Shown here: positions 15,250-30,569 of the stretch, piece after piece
How positions within the stretch are numbered: the stretch's first letter is position 1
Layout: the number at the start of each line of letters is the position of its first letter
Origin: the human T2T-CHM13v2.0 reference genome, Homo sapiens
NCBI RefSeq assembly: GCF_009914755.1
Contig: NC_060944.1
Direction: 5' to 3' (one strand)
Length of the DNA: 64,000 nt
The notes under the pieces: model-generated
Database searches by the model: none
What the model saw: only the letters and a program-made list of their open reading frames with translations
Told to the model about the DNA's origin: nothing
Made by a program: the position numbers and the translations under genes

Positions 15250-15738
15250 TTATTCATTCATTCATTTAAGAAAAAAAATTCTGAGTACCTACTATGTGTT
15301 GCTTGTTGTGCTAGACACTGAGATCAGAACACATTAAAAAAAACTAAATAAAACAAAACAGATAAGCCTTCTGCCCTTATGTTCTCTTAGGGAAAACAGT
15401 TACACAAACATGTAGATGAATAAAATGCCAAATATTATGATAAGGACTAGAAAGAGTGTCTGGATAAAACAAAACAAAACAAAACAAAACAAAAAACAGG
15501 GAGTACATATTCAAAAAGGCTAGTCAGAGAATACTGCTCACAGAAGGTGACATTTGAGTTGAGTTGACATGCAAGCTCTTGCTGAGAAGAGCCTTCGGCA
15601 AGTGAAAAGCCTTGAGACAGGAGAGAGCCTGGTGTGGTTAAAAAAAAACAAAAAACCAAAAAAAAACAGACCAGGGTATCACCAGCAAGGGGGAATGTGG
15701 CAGAGGATGTGAATAAAGAGATAGGCAGCTGCTAGATC
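15250..15738 (-). mobile_element. L2 3' region
   Basis: ttcattcattcatttaag...tgagtacctactatgtg...gaaggtgacatttgagttgag. Confidence 0.75.
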
Positions 15739-16000
15739 AGCACTGTCCAACAGAAATACAATGCAGGCCACATTTATACTTTTAAATTTTCTACCTGCCA
15801 TATTGCAAAAGGTTATACACACGCACACACACACACACAAGACACTATCTTTTCAACATATAAACAATATAAAAATTAACACAACATTTTACCCTTTTTT
15901 TTGGTACAAAGACTTGAAGATCTGGTGTATTTTGCATTTAGAGTACATCTCAGTTTGAACTGGCCACATTTCAAGTGCTGGAGGCCACTGTATTGAACCA
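15739..16000. mobile_element. MER33 (hAT-Charlie)
   Basis: cagcactgtccaacagaaatacaatgcaggccaca...tctggtgtattttgca...gccacatttcaagtgct. Confidence 0.8.
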
Positions 16001-16369
16001 CTCAAGGCTACATGGTGCACATCAGGCCTGGCTCACAAGGCCTCCCTTGGTTGAGAGGGGCAAGATATCTGAGACTCATCTCTATAGCTCCCAGCATCAT
16101 GCCTGGCACATGGTAGGTGTTCAGCAAATGTTTGCCACACAGGATGGCAGAAGAACTGCAAAATAGATGGCAAGTTCCTGAAGCAGAGAGGCTGCACCAG
16201 GATCACTCTGGTGCCTGCTCCAGGAAATTGGGTCTATTGTGTGTCCTCAAGCAAGAGAGGAAGTTGGGGTCCACCTGCTGAGTCTCCCACTGTGGGGGCT
16301 GTTCATGACCACCTCTCCCATAGCCAGGGTGCTTGGCAAAGCTGCTTTCTTAATTCAGAAAGATCACAT

Positions 16370-16625
16370 CACACCATATGCCAGAGAGTGGGAGGGAGGG
16401 AGCCCATTAGCATTCATTGTACACAGCTTTTCGTTTGGAAAAGCACCTCGAATGTGCCGATCTGCATTGCTTTGCTTCATTTTTCAACATTCATGAGTGT
16501 AATTGCATTTATTTTTCTCGTCAAGACTGCAAAACAAGTGATAATTTACTACATTACAGCCCATATCGGCTGGGTTTACAGCCACAACAGTTATAATCCA
16601 CCCTCTTAGGGACTGGGTGGGTAAG
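16370..16625. promoter_or_regulatory. Candidate conserved non-coding element/enhancer
   Basis: Repeat-free; SOX-like CATTGT (16415), TAAT cores, five CpGs in ~140 bp; function inferred only. Confidence 0.3.
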
Positions 16626-16704
16626 CAGGGGGTGGTCTTTTTAGCTGAGAGCACTGTATTTCTTTATAACAGGAAGCTTGGGCCCAGCTGTTCTTCAAGG
16701 TTAC

Positions 16705-16942
16705 AATAATAGTGGCAAAAACTAACCCATACAGAGACACTGAGCTGTCAAAGCATATGCACTTCTACTATCTTGATGGCTTCTTACACTAATGGGGTAA
16801 GGCAGACTTGTACTCCCATTCACACTTGCCAGAGAAAGAGACTGAGATTCAGAGAAGTCCTCTGTAGTAGATGGTAACAGGTTGGTGAACAGCAGAGCCA
16901 GGGTTCAAACCTAGATTCATGTGATAGGAAATCCCGTGCTCT
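16705..16942 (-). mobile_element. MIR
   Basis: gagactgagattcagagaag...cagagccagggttcaaacctag...cccgtgctct. Confidence 0.65.
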
Positions 16943-19199
16943 CCTCATGATGACACCTGGCAGTGCCTGAGCTCTAGCAAAGCGTGAGGTCTTGTAGTTA
17001 TATTGGTAGAAAAGAAGAGGACATGATCTTAAAATTTTGTAAATGTGAATGAAGTGCCTACAGCAGCTGTGACCACGAAGGACACCTATTTTCTTGCATC
17101 TACACCACAGAATGCTAACTTCCAGCAGAGAATCAGGACAGGAGACTACATCCCTGCCTGAGGTCCATCCAGGTGCTACTCTGTTTGTGACTATCTAGAA
17201 ATGAGAGCAGGGAAGGATGGTCTAGCCTTGTATTTGGAGATCATTCAATGCAGATGTTTTCTTCCTCTTTAGAACAAGAGTCAAGCCATAGTGATGTTCA
17301 GACTTTAGATCACAAATGCTCACGAATTCATGAGTAGTAACTGATGAACAAGATCCAACCCTAAAAACTTATGGATTCATTAAAATCATTTCCTAAGTAA
17401 GATTAAAGTAGTGGACATGTCAGTGGTCGTGAGCTCCTCATTTCTTCTTCCTGGGTTTTAGAGGGATGTAAACTCCATCCCCTAACCTGACTCCCTGCCC
17501 CCTAATTACAACACACGGATCTTGAAAAGGGTGGACTTGAAAGCTGGTCTTGCTGTAAAGGATCTGAGGAAAGTGGGCAGACCATGAAAAGCCCCAGATC
17601 TCAGTCAGAGGATATTGCTACCATATGATGTGACATCTCTTTCAAGAGGAGATGACCCTGGGGTCCAGCCCCACCTCTGCAGCTTTCTCCAAGGCAGGAA
17701 AGAGATACCAGGGGTCCCTGTAAAGTCTGAAGAGTCAGGAGCTGACAGGTGTTCAGGAAGTCGCTCCAGCTACCTGGCCAGGATGCTGTAGTCTGCAAAG
17801 GACCCTTCAGCCCTGTTCCTGTCCCTTTTCTGCAAACTGAGGTCCCCTCTCTCAATCAAGTGATGGCTCTCCTCTATCCACTCCTGACATTGGCAAGTGA
17901 GACCCTGTGTGGGCGTTTCTGCCCCAGGCCAGGACTAAAATGACAAGGTCTGGCCACTCCAGGGCCTTCTGCTGAGTCTCAGTAAGCACACACTGGACAA
18001 AGAACCTCCAGCAGCCACTCAATATAAGGGGCCTCAGGTCTTCAAAGAAGGCCAGTAGGCGATGATGAACATTACAGCCCACCTAGTGTTAAACACATGT
18101 AATCACACACACAGAGAGAGGAGGGGAGAGGGGAGAGAGGAGAGGGATGGCAGGCCTAACAAGTCCTCAGGGTTTTCCATCAGTACACAGGTTACCAAGG
18201 CACCTCCATGCTGAGTCCCAGCTCTGAGACAGGACAAGAAGAAGCTGCTTGATGGTGATGGAGGAGACCCAACATGGGTCCACGCACCAAACATTTTGTT
18301 CTGTGTGTTCTCAAATGTTTGTCATTCAATCCCTATGTGTCCCAATTGCATGACCTTCATTTTATAAGTAAGAGAAAACCTTGAGCCATAGAGAAACTTT
18401 GCTCAATAGCTTTGCTCAAGGTCCCCCACACTAGTCCCTCTGGCTATAGTGTCCCTGAACCTTGAACGTGTATATGCCTCTGGAATCTCTTTTCTGAAAT
18501 TCAACTGTACAGAGAATCAAAGACCAAGGTTATCAAAGTTTTATTTCAAACACAGGAAAGTAGTCTTTCAATTCAGGCAATAACCTTTCTGTTATTATTT
18601 TCCATATTGCAAAGTCTAAAAACTTAGCACAAATCTAAAAATCAGGCTTGTAAAGGTGACATTTTGTTTGAAATGGTCAAAATCAGATAATTTTTTCAAT
18701 CAGCATGGAGTGTTAAATTCAGGCTTTCTTCTACTTGTTGCCATCACCCAGAAAAGAAAAATAAGATTTATTTTCCAGAGGTTGGAACTATACTCCAGGT
18801 GGCTCTCTGGCCTGCCAGGCCCCATCTGCTCCATGCTGCTACCACCTCCACGTGCACTCAAGACTCTCTTCATTCCTGTATTGTGAAGTCTTTTCATGTG
18901 GTCCCTGGTTGCAGTAATGAACAAAGTATGCCACAGCAGAACTGCTTTATAGAACCTGTGTGGTATTAGAGTTAGAAAACTGGGAGTATTACCTAATCAG
19001 GGCTCTTCCTTGTATAGGTTAAGGCCACTGGAGCCCAGAGAGACTAAGCAACTTGCTTCAGGCCACACAGCAGGTCAGCAGCACAGCAGACCCGGATCTC
19101 CTGAGACCCACTGAGCACCATGCTCTGAACCACAAGTGTATGTTTCAGCCACCTCAGATTTTCTGTTTCCTTTAAATCTGTTTCCAAATAGCTGAACAC

Positions 19200-19325
19200 T
19201 TCACTCATCCCCTAACTCACTTATTCAATATTCATTGAGGGCATTCTGGTGCCAGTTTTAGGAGCTGAGGACACATAGCTGTGAATGGAAAAGTTGCTTC
19301 CTGCTCTGATGGAGCTTATAGTTCA
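19200..19325 (-). mobile_element. L2 3' end
   Basis: attcattgagggcattctggtgccag...cctgctctgatggagcttatagttc. Confidence 0.6.
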
Positions 19326-19798
19326 TTGAGGAAGATGGGTGTTAAATGCAAAATTACACAGAGCTCCTCTGTATTGAGCTCCCGCACTGCCTGACCTGGG
19401 ACAGGGGCTGGAAGAACAATGGGATTCTGAGACCCAGTGGTCTCCAAGGCAAAGGAAAGAACATGGCAGTGATGACAAGGGGATGGCAAAGTACAGCAGG
19501 TAGAGGAAGAAACTACAGGGATGCAAGCAACAGCTCCAACAAAGAGGTGTCCCAGGGTGCCAATTCTCCGCAGGGGAAAGAAGAAGGGAAGGAGCTGGGT
19601 GCTCCTGGTGGAATGCCGGCTTATTCCTGTCTTCCTCTAGGAATGCACTCCCTCCGTCTCCTTCTCAGGCTCCCATTCCTCTACCCACACCCTAGATTGT
19701 GGCAATGTGCAGAGTTCTGCTCTCTCCCCTCTGCTCTTCCCTTTCTCCTGTGAAATCTTGACCCTGGCCTTGACCCCTTTCCTAGCTTCCCAAACACC

Positions 19799-19953
19799 CA
19801 GTGGTTCTCAAGATCAATGTACTAAAATTGCCTGCTGTTTCCTGGGCCCCATCCCAGTGCCACATGTTGGGATAGGACCCAGGAATCTGCTTTTTAAAAA
19901 TACCCTCGGTGATTCTGATGCAGATGTTCAGTCTACCTGCTCACTGAGACCCA
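19799..19953. mobile_element. MER5A
   Basis: cagtggttctcaa...ggacccaggaatctgctttttaa...ggtgattctgatgca. Confidence 0.75.
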
Positions 19954-20524
19954 AGGTCTGGTAAGCATCAAACACTGGGCCAACACTTTCACTTGCTAAG
20001 AACCCAGTATTGTGGGCACAGAGGTAGGGTCTCTGCATGAGCATCCTGGCCATTTTTAGCACACCTCTATAGGTATGTGTGTAATATACAGATGAGGAAA
20101 TGGAACCCACGTGGCTTGGCTAGAGTCACAGAACTTCAAAGAATAGGCACCTGACTCCACACCCAAATCCAGTATCTTTGTTCATCTCTTTCACCAAGTT
20201 TTCTTGAGCTCACCGATACCTCCAACCCCCTTTTCCTCCTCCCCATTTTTACAGCTAACATCCCCATTCATGCCTGATCAGTTCCCTCCTGGTCCACTGC
20301 CTTCCTTCCCACCACAGGCTCCCTGCTGCTCCAAGTTGCCTTTCACACTGGCCAACAAGTGGTTATCCTAAAAGATAAATCTGATCAAACATTCCCTGAC
20401 TTAATCTCTGATGAATCCTCACTCTTATCATGCAACATCCTTCAAGTTGTGGCCCCAACCTCCCTTCTCATCACATCTCATCCTATGCCACATGACCATG
20501 GTATCCCTTCCTAGAATACTACAT

Positions 20525-20775
20525 TATTCAAGAGTATTGGTTTGAGTATTTGCCTCTGCCACTTACGTGTGATTTTAGATAAAATCACACTGCCACTTCT
20601 GTGTGATTTTAAATAAATTACTTAATCTTTGTGTGCCTCATTTTTCTGAACTGTAAAATGGGCTGTTACCACTAGCTCCTTCAAAAGGCTGTTGTAAAGA
20701 CTTAATAAAAGAAAGATGACAAGTATAAAGTGCTCAGCACAGTGCCATGAAAACAGATGCTCCAAAATGCTACCT
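20525..20775 (+). mobile_element. MIR
   Basis: tctgccacttac...ttacttaatctttgtgtgcctcatt...tgtaaaatggg...aaagtgctcagcacagtgcc. Confidence 0.7.
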
Positions 20776-20934
20776 GATACTAATGTCATCACTGTCATCC
20801 TACCATGTAAGGACTACTTGTTATTCTCTGAACATACCACATACTTTGAGGTATCTCACTGGAAGTAGACACCTCTTGGTGCTGGAAACTCCTCATCAAA
20901 ATTCTAAAGTGACTGCAAGGTAGGGTGGCCATAA

Positions 20935-21140
20935 AATATCCATTGTTGTACAAGGTGCTTTGTATGTGAAATTTTAGTTAATTCCCCACATAAGTCTTAT
21001 GAGGCTCTTGTCCCTTATCCTCATTTTAGAGACGAGCATGAGGCTCAGACAGGTTACCAAACCAGCTCCATATCAGAATGCTAGTCACTAGTAGAATTGG
21101 CATTCCAACTAATATCAGCCTGATTTCAATGTTCACACTT
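20935..21140 (-). mobile_element. MIR
   Basis: ttatcctcattttagagacgagcatgaggctcagacaggtta. Confidence 0.6.
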
Positions 21141-21169
21141 CTGTTCATTTCTTCTATGTGAAAAGAACA

Positions 21170-21173
<4 letters not shown>

Positions 21174-21200
<27 letters not shown>
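21174..21200. repeat. Poly(T)27 homopolymer
   Basis: 27 consecutive T with no attached Alu or L1 body. Confidence 0.95.
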
Positions 21201-21201
<1 letters not shown>

Positions 21202-21229
21202 CTCACTTAGAGTACACTGTACTGAGAAT

Positions 21230-21352
21230 TGTGTCATGGTATCTTGTATCATTCCTACCCTCCTAAGCTCACCCACATATCACTGGGGCTGGAAGCCTAG
21301 AAACTACATCTTACTTTCTGGCAGGGTTCCAGCTCAGTCTTCACCAATGACA

Positions 21353-21358
<6 letters not shown>
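21230..21358 (+). mobile_element. 5' part of old ERVL-class LTR (LTR16/LTR41 group)
   Basis: ggggctggaagcctagaaactacat...cagggttcc...caccaatgacagaggca. Confidence 0.55.
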
Positions 21359-23923
<2,565 letters not shown>

Positions 23924-24298
23924 CCACTGAACAATTCCCTATCTCCCTCCTCTCCCCAGCCCCTGGCAACCATCATTCTATTTTTTTATTTCTGTAAGTT
24001 TGACTGCTCTAGATACATCACATAAGTACAATCATACAGTACATGTTATTGATGACTGATTTATCTGTCATAACATAAGGTCTTCAAGGTTCATCCATGT
24101 TGTAGCATGTGCCAGGATTTCCTTCCTTGTTAAGGCTGAGTAATATTCCATTGTATGCGTATACCACATTTTCTTTATCCGTCCATCTGTTGATGAACAT
24201 TTGGGTTGCTTCCATCTCTTGGCTACTGTGAATAATGCTACAATTAACGAGTGTGTAAATATATTTTCAAGATTCTGCTTTCAATTATTTTAGATATA

Positions 24299-24485
24299 CT
24301 GTCACGTGCAGCATAATGGTGTTTCCGTCAATGACGGACTGCACATATGAAGGTGGTCCTAGGTGGATAGTTGGCTATAGCTTCTAGGTTTACAAAAATA
24401 CAGTCTATGATGTTCACACAATGATGAAATTGCATAATGACTCATTTCTCAGAATGTATTCCCATCATTAAATGATACATGATTC
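24299..24485. mobile_element. Internally deleted Tigger3/MER7 (Golem)
   Basis: ctgtcacgtgcagcataatggtgtttccgtcaatgacggac...catttctcagaatgtattccc...catgattc, flanked by TA at 24297-24298 and 24486-24487. Confidence 0.8.
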
Positions 24486-24732
24486 TATTTCAAGAACTGG
24501 GATTGCTAGATCATATGGTGGTTCTATTTTTTATTTTTGGTTTTCCATATAGACTATACCATTTTTACACTCTCACAAACAATGTACAAAGGTTCCAATT
24601 TTTCCAGATGCTTGACGTTTATTTCTTTTTGTTTGTCTTTTTATAGTGGCCACCCTAATGGGTGTAAGGTGATATCTCATTGTGGTTTTGATTTGTATTT
24701 CTCTAATGATTAGTGATGCTAAACATATTTTC

Positions 24733-25034
<302 letters not shown>

Positions 25035-25572
25035 GTATTTTCATGTTTCTCACCATTTGTTTATCTTCTTTGGACAAATGTCTATTTCAGCCCTTTTTAA
25101 AAAAAAAAAAAAATCAGGTTATTTGTTTTGTTATTGTTGAGTGGTAGGCATTCTTTATGTATTCCAGATAGTAACCCTACAAGAGAGGTTTGTAAATATT
25201 TTCTCCCATTCCACAGGTTGTCTTTTAATTCTGTTCCCTTTGAAACACATTAGTTTTAAGTTAGATATAGTCTCATTTGTCTATATTTGCTCTTGTCGCC
25301 TGTACTTTTGGTGTTATATCCAAGAAATCGCTGCCAAATCCAACATCATAAAACTTTCTACCTACATTTTCTTCTAGGGGTTTTACAGTTTTCACTCTCA
25401 TGTTTAGGTCTTTAATCCATTTTGAATTAATTTTTGTGTATGGTGTAAGTTAAGGATCTGCTACATGTGGATATTCAATTTACTAAATGCCATTTGTTGA
25501 AGAAATTATTCTCTCTCCATTGTGTAGTCTTGGTACCCTTAGTGAAGATTATTTGACCATGTATGTGAGAGC

Positions 25573-25675
25573 TTCAAAGGTTTTATAAACCTCTAATACC
25601 CTGTATTAAACCCCTTCCTGATTGAAATACCTAGAATGGTTTCCGTTTTCCTACCTGAATCCAAACTGATGGACA
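25573..25675 (+). mobile_element. 3' end of old ERVL-class LTR (likely partner of 21230-21358)
   Basis: ccctgtattaaaccccttcctgattgaaatacctagaatggtttccgttttcct...actgat. Confidence 0.6.
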
Positions 25676-26959
25676 CATCATGCTTATATATGTTTGCAGC
25701 TATGATTTAGAAGGATCTTGGAAGCTATAGGTCTTATTTTAACCTTAGACACTCTCAGAGTTCTTAAAAGACATAACATATTCTTGCTTGTTCATAGCTT
25801 TCACAAGTTGTTTCATTGACTACAAGGCTTTGAATCCTGAGAAAGTGCAATTTGGGTTTCTTAATAAGGAAACACAACACCTAGGAAAGGAAGCAATTTT
25901 AAAAGATATTGGCAGATTTGAGGAAAGTTTTAAAAACAGTTTGCTCAAATATCTGTTGCTTTCCAAACATAAAGTATGATCGTGTCAGCACAGAGCACAG
26001 TGTCAAAACTAGGTAGATGAAGAGGGAAAACAGGAGGTCTTTTTAGAAAAGGGTAATTTCTCTCAATTACCAAATGTCTCACTGATTAGTAGTTGTGGGG
26101 AAATAAATTCTGGAGTTGTACCTGTGAAATTAATGGGGCATGTGATAGATCACTGCAGCTCTGCAAGGATGCGTGAGAACAGAGTACGTGCCTTAAGCTC
26201 AACTGGGAGATTTATCTTTCTGTGAAGGTCTGGGCTCTCAGGGATAGATTGTACGTCAGGTGCCCTACCTCCATATACTCATGAAGACAAATTCCTCTGC
26301 AAAGAAGCAGAAGCAGTTGCCCTGCTTGACAGACAGACGAATGGAGGGGTTAGGACCACAGGAGTCTTCACCAATGTTTTGTTTTATAAATGTATCACTA
26401 AATTCCTATGTTTAGAAATGCCTTCTTCTTGATTCATAAATTACAAGTCAAAGAATGCTAGAGTCAGAAGAAACTGACTTCTGATATTACAATGGTCAAT
26501 AAGGTCCAGGGAGGGATGATGTGTGGCCCAAGGTCACAGAGCAAGTTAATGGCAGAGCTAGGACAGAATCCAGGACTCCTTATTTTTAGATCCATTTCAC
26601 AGAAGTGGGTGTAGGAAGCCCAGAGAAAGGCAGCTCAAAGTCTGAGGTTAGTGACAGATCTGGGATGAGTTCCCAGGGATGCTTCCTTAGCCACTAGGCA
26701 GAAGGCCATGCTAACCAAAGGCCTGGCAGTAGAGATAATGCCTACCCAATTCCACCATGTGCCTGCAGCCCACACAGAACCACAATAATAACCACAGGAA
26801 GAACAGAGCTAGAGGGGCCTGAGGTAGCTCTGTTGTTAATATGTTCTACATATTTAAAATCACATGTTTCCACCCAATCCTGGGTAGGAAAACTGAGGTC
26901 CAGAGGTTCAAGTCAACAGAGCAAGGCAGAGACAGAAGTGTTATGTCCATGTGCTAAAA

Positions 26960-27205
26960 GGTGGATGCCTGGGAGTCATCAGTGGGTGCCACTGACTTGA
27001 GCTGCTTTGGTTCAAATCCCCTTCCCAGCACTTCCAACCTCTATGATGAAGGGCAAGTTGCTTAATCTCTTCGTGCCTCAATTTTCCATCTATAAAGTGG
27101 GAACACATGTTACCTACACTGCATAGGGTTTTGTGAACCATAAAGGAAACAAGGCTTTAAAGCACCTGGCACAGAATGAGTGCTTTATAAATGCTAGCTA
27201 TTACT
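26960..27205 (+). mobile_element. MIR
   Basis: ggttcaaatccc...gggcaagttgcttaatctcttcgtgcctcaattttccatctataaagtggg...ataaatgctagctatt. Confidence 0.78.
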
Positions 27206-27271
27206 ATTCTCAAAGAGAGATATCCCTGTTGGTGGGAATACAAGTGACGTCATAAAAATCTAATAATCTAG

Positions 27272-27570
27272 GAGAGTATTGACCAATAGAAACACAATGT
27301 GAGCCACGTATGCAATTCTAAATTTTCTAATAGGCACATTTAAAAAGGTAAAAAAGAAATGGGTTACTTTTAATAATTTATCTAACCCAATACATCTAAA
27401 ATATAATCATTTCAACATGTAATCAACATAAACATTATTAATAAGATGTTTTTACATGATTTTTTCATACTGTTTTTGAAATCTGGTGTGTAGTTTACAC
27501 TTACAGGACTAGCCACATTTCCAGTACTCCGTAGCCATGTGCGGCTAATGACCACCAGATTAGATATGGC
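27272..27570. mobile_element. MER33
   Basis: ccaatagaaacacaatgtgagccacg...catttcaacatgtaatcaa...ctagccacatttcca...agccatgtgcggcta. Confidence 0.82.
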
Positions 27571-27820
27571 AAATGGGACCTCAATGGATTACTGGATTTT
27601 CCAGATTGTTGGACTTTATTTTTTAGAGACATCTCAGCCATCTTGTTTTTACTAAACTGGGGAAAAAAGACTATATTTATACTAAACTATTTCCTTTTCT
27701 TACCAAATATCTTAGAATGCATATTTGTAATTCAAATTACTATAATAGCCAAAGCATAATGAAAACCTGTTTCTTTACTAAGGAAAAGACAGATCACACA
27801 TTTAAAAATGAAAGGTTCAC

Positions 27821-28105
27821 TTGCAGGAGCTCTAGCCCCTGCAGCAGCCCAATCGGTTGAATGGTCCACGAAGACATCGCCTAGCATCAGCATCCAGCCA
27901 GCATCACCATGATCAGGATGATTCTCAGCAACGTCTTCCTCTCCGGCTGCCCTGGGAGTGGCTAAAGTTGAAGCAGCAGGAAACAGAGGAATCTTGAAGA
28001 ACGTCATCTCTGTGGTCCTGTTAAATGTGTCGCTGACACACGACTGTTTTTGTGATGCTTCCTTTTCAAAGAATTTACTCCGAACAACATGCAGGTTCAC
28101 TGTAT
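27821..28105 (-). other. Candidate exon or conserved element (285 nt, stop-free, phase 1/1); product unknown
   Basis: tgcag|ATAC acceptor and weak CAA|gtgaac donor; nine CpGs; no repeat similarity or protein homology recognised. Confidence 0.25.
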
Positions 28106-28371
28106 CTGCATTTACAGAGACACTGACAGACTTAGACAATTCAACAAACTGACAGGATCAACCCTCCATTAAAAGTAAAGCATTTCTTCCATTTTTCCAG
28201 TGAGAAGACATCCTCTCCTCAAAAAAAAAGTTTTCGGGCAACTTTAATAAATACAATTTTAAGTGTACAGATGATTGAATTAGGCAAAAGTCCACTTATG
28301 GTATCTAATATACAATTTAATTACACATACATTTTAAAATCACGTTTCATAAAATATTAATTGAAAAATAG

Positions 28372-28602
28372 AGAGTGGTTCAGGGCACAGATTCTGGATC
28401 CAGACGGCCTGAATTCAAATCTCAGCTCCTCCATTTACTGTAACTCACTTTTGAGAGAGTTGACATTCTGGGCCTCAGTTTCCTCCTCTTTAAAATAAGG
28501 GTGATAATAACATCCAGCTCACAGTGTTGTTGAAGTATTAAACGATGTAAAAACATGTAAAGCCCTTAGAACACTGTCCAGGAAGTGGTATACACATGTT
28601 AG
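28372..28602 (+). mobile_element. MIR
   Basis: gtggttcagggcacagattctgga...ggcctcagtttcctc...tgtaaagcccttagaacactg. Confidence 0.8.
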
Positions 28603-28660
28603 GTTAAAAGACATAGTGGTTTATTATCCATTCACATAGACTTTAGAACCTCTTTATTCT

Positions 28661-28763
28661 TTCTTTCTTTCTTCCTTTCTTTTTTGAGATGAAGTTTTGC
28701 TTTCGTTGCTCAGGCTGGAGGGCAATGGCGCAGTCTCAGCTCACTGCAACCTCTGCCTCCCAG
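28661..28763 (-). mobile_element. 5'-truncated Alu (AluSp/Sq-like right-arm end)
   Basis: ~80 bp of Alu plus tail; TSD aacctctttattct (28647-28660) / aacccctttattct (28766-28779). Confidence 0.88.
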
Positions 28764-29539
28764 ACAACCCCTTTATTCTAACTCGTCAAATGCAGCAGTG
28801 TTTGTCATCAGAAGAAGCACTTTTTTAGTTGAACGATGCCAGTCTCCATCACTTTCACTTCCCATTACACCATTTGGAATATAATACTTTTTGAATCTAG
28901 GTATGATGTCACAGAAAACTGAGTGTCAAGGCAAGCATCTATGTGGATATTAGCACAGACAGGTTTTCCCATTTATCTGGCAGCTGTATATTCTGATCAC
29001 CAAAAGGACATCATGTTGCTTTTCAAAGCCATTGTTAGGACATTGTTAGGAAACTTGTTCATAACCATCACCAACACTCGTCATTACTTGCTCATATCCT
29101 CCGGAATAATTACTAAACCTGCGTTCAATTTCCTTGCCTTTTCTATCAATTCTGTGATCCCTGTAAACATCCCAAACTAGCACTGATTGGGGTCACTGCA
29201 GGCTAATGTAGTTTCTACAATTAATTTTGTAGCTCCAAGTACACGAAAAACCATCTTATAATATGAGATGTTTTGTAAGAACTTTTCTCAGAGCTGTTTG
29301 GAGACAAAGATCTTGTCTTTTATTTGGGCACACAGAAGGCATTCTGGCATTTCTTTCTTCTCCCACCTCTATCTCTTAGGTGTTAGTTGAATAAACCATG
29401 GTTCATTCACCCAGGAGAATATCATGTAGCCTTGGAAGGTGAAAACTAACTCTGAATACAGTGGCATAAAAAGAGATGGATGACAGAAGAGTTTGGGAGC
29501 TATGATTCTATTCACTGTCTACACTCCTAAGTGGCCACA

Positions 29540-29790
29540 GTGCAGCTGTCCAGAGCACAGCCTGGACCCTTTCCAAGGGCACGTCCTGCCTCCACCATAT
29601 GCTAACGATGACCTGGGCAAGTCATTCAAGTTTTCTGTGCCTAGGTTTCCTGATCTGTAAAATGCAGATAACAGCATCTACATCAGAGGACTGTTGCAAA
29701 GATTAAATAAGTTACTATATTTCAAGTACTTAGGATAGTACCTGACACATAGTAAGCACTACATAGGTAGTACGTCTCTATTACTATTAC
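29540..29790 (+). mobile_element. MIR
   Basis: gacctgggcaagtca...gtttcctgatctgtaaaatg...cctgacacatagtaagcact. Confidence 0.8.
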
Positions 29791-30569
29791 CACATACAGA
29801 TACTCTCTGTCTTCCTCCTTCCCTCTCTCCATCCTCCTTCACTCTCTCCCTTTCTCTCTCAAAACACATCAATATGTTAATGGTGATATTTAGGCTAACT
29901 GTAATCAGGGTGGAGAGAGGTAACTTATATGTTCAAACTCAGCATTTTTTAAGAATAAATATATAATATTTTGTCATTAAAGAGGAAAGAAAAAAATGTA
30001 CTGACTCAACAATTGCTAAATGGGAACATAAGAACTTACAACTTTAAACCAATCAATAATAATATCAGGTGTGATTAAGGACACTTAAAGGCCCATACTT
30101 CCATATGATTTTATTGTAAGCCTCACATTAAAGGAAGAGTAGGTCAATCTGAGAATAGATTACATCTTTCCAAGAGGAGCCAGTTACATGTGTCACAAGC
30201 AGTGCCACACATTCATGAGAGTGTGCCAGGCCCCAGAGCGAAGGAAGGGATCATCCCCAGTGTCTCTTTATTTGCCCGAAGGATCCTGGGACCAACTTCA
30301 GAGCAGAAGAACCCAGACCAATCAGGACCTGGGACCAAGTGGCCCATCCTGACCAAAGCCTCGTCAAGCTCAGAGTCGGGCTCAAGACATGAAAGCTACA
30401 GATGCCCCAGGTGCCACGAAAATGCCAAAGCAAGTGGCAGCCCCTTTAGGGTCCTCCTGAAACCACTTTCTCCCAACTTTCCCAACACGAATAACTTTAA
30501 CAATAATTCAGTTATTTTTAAATAACCGCCTTCCTTATTCCAGGCCCCATGCAGGATACAAGGAATTCA

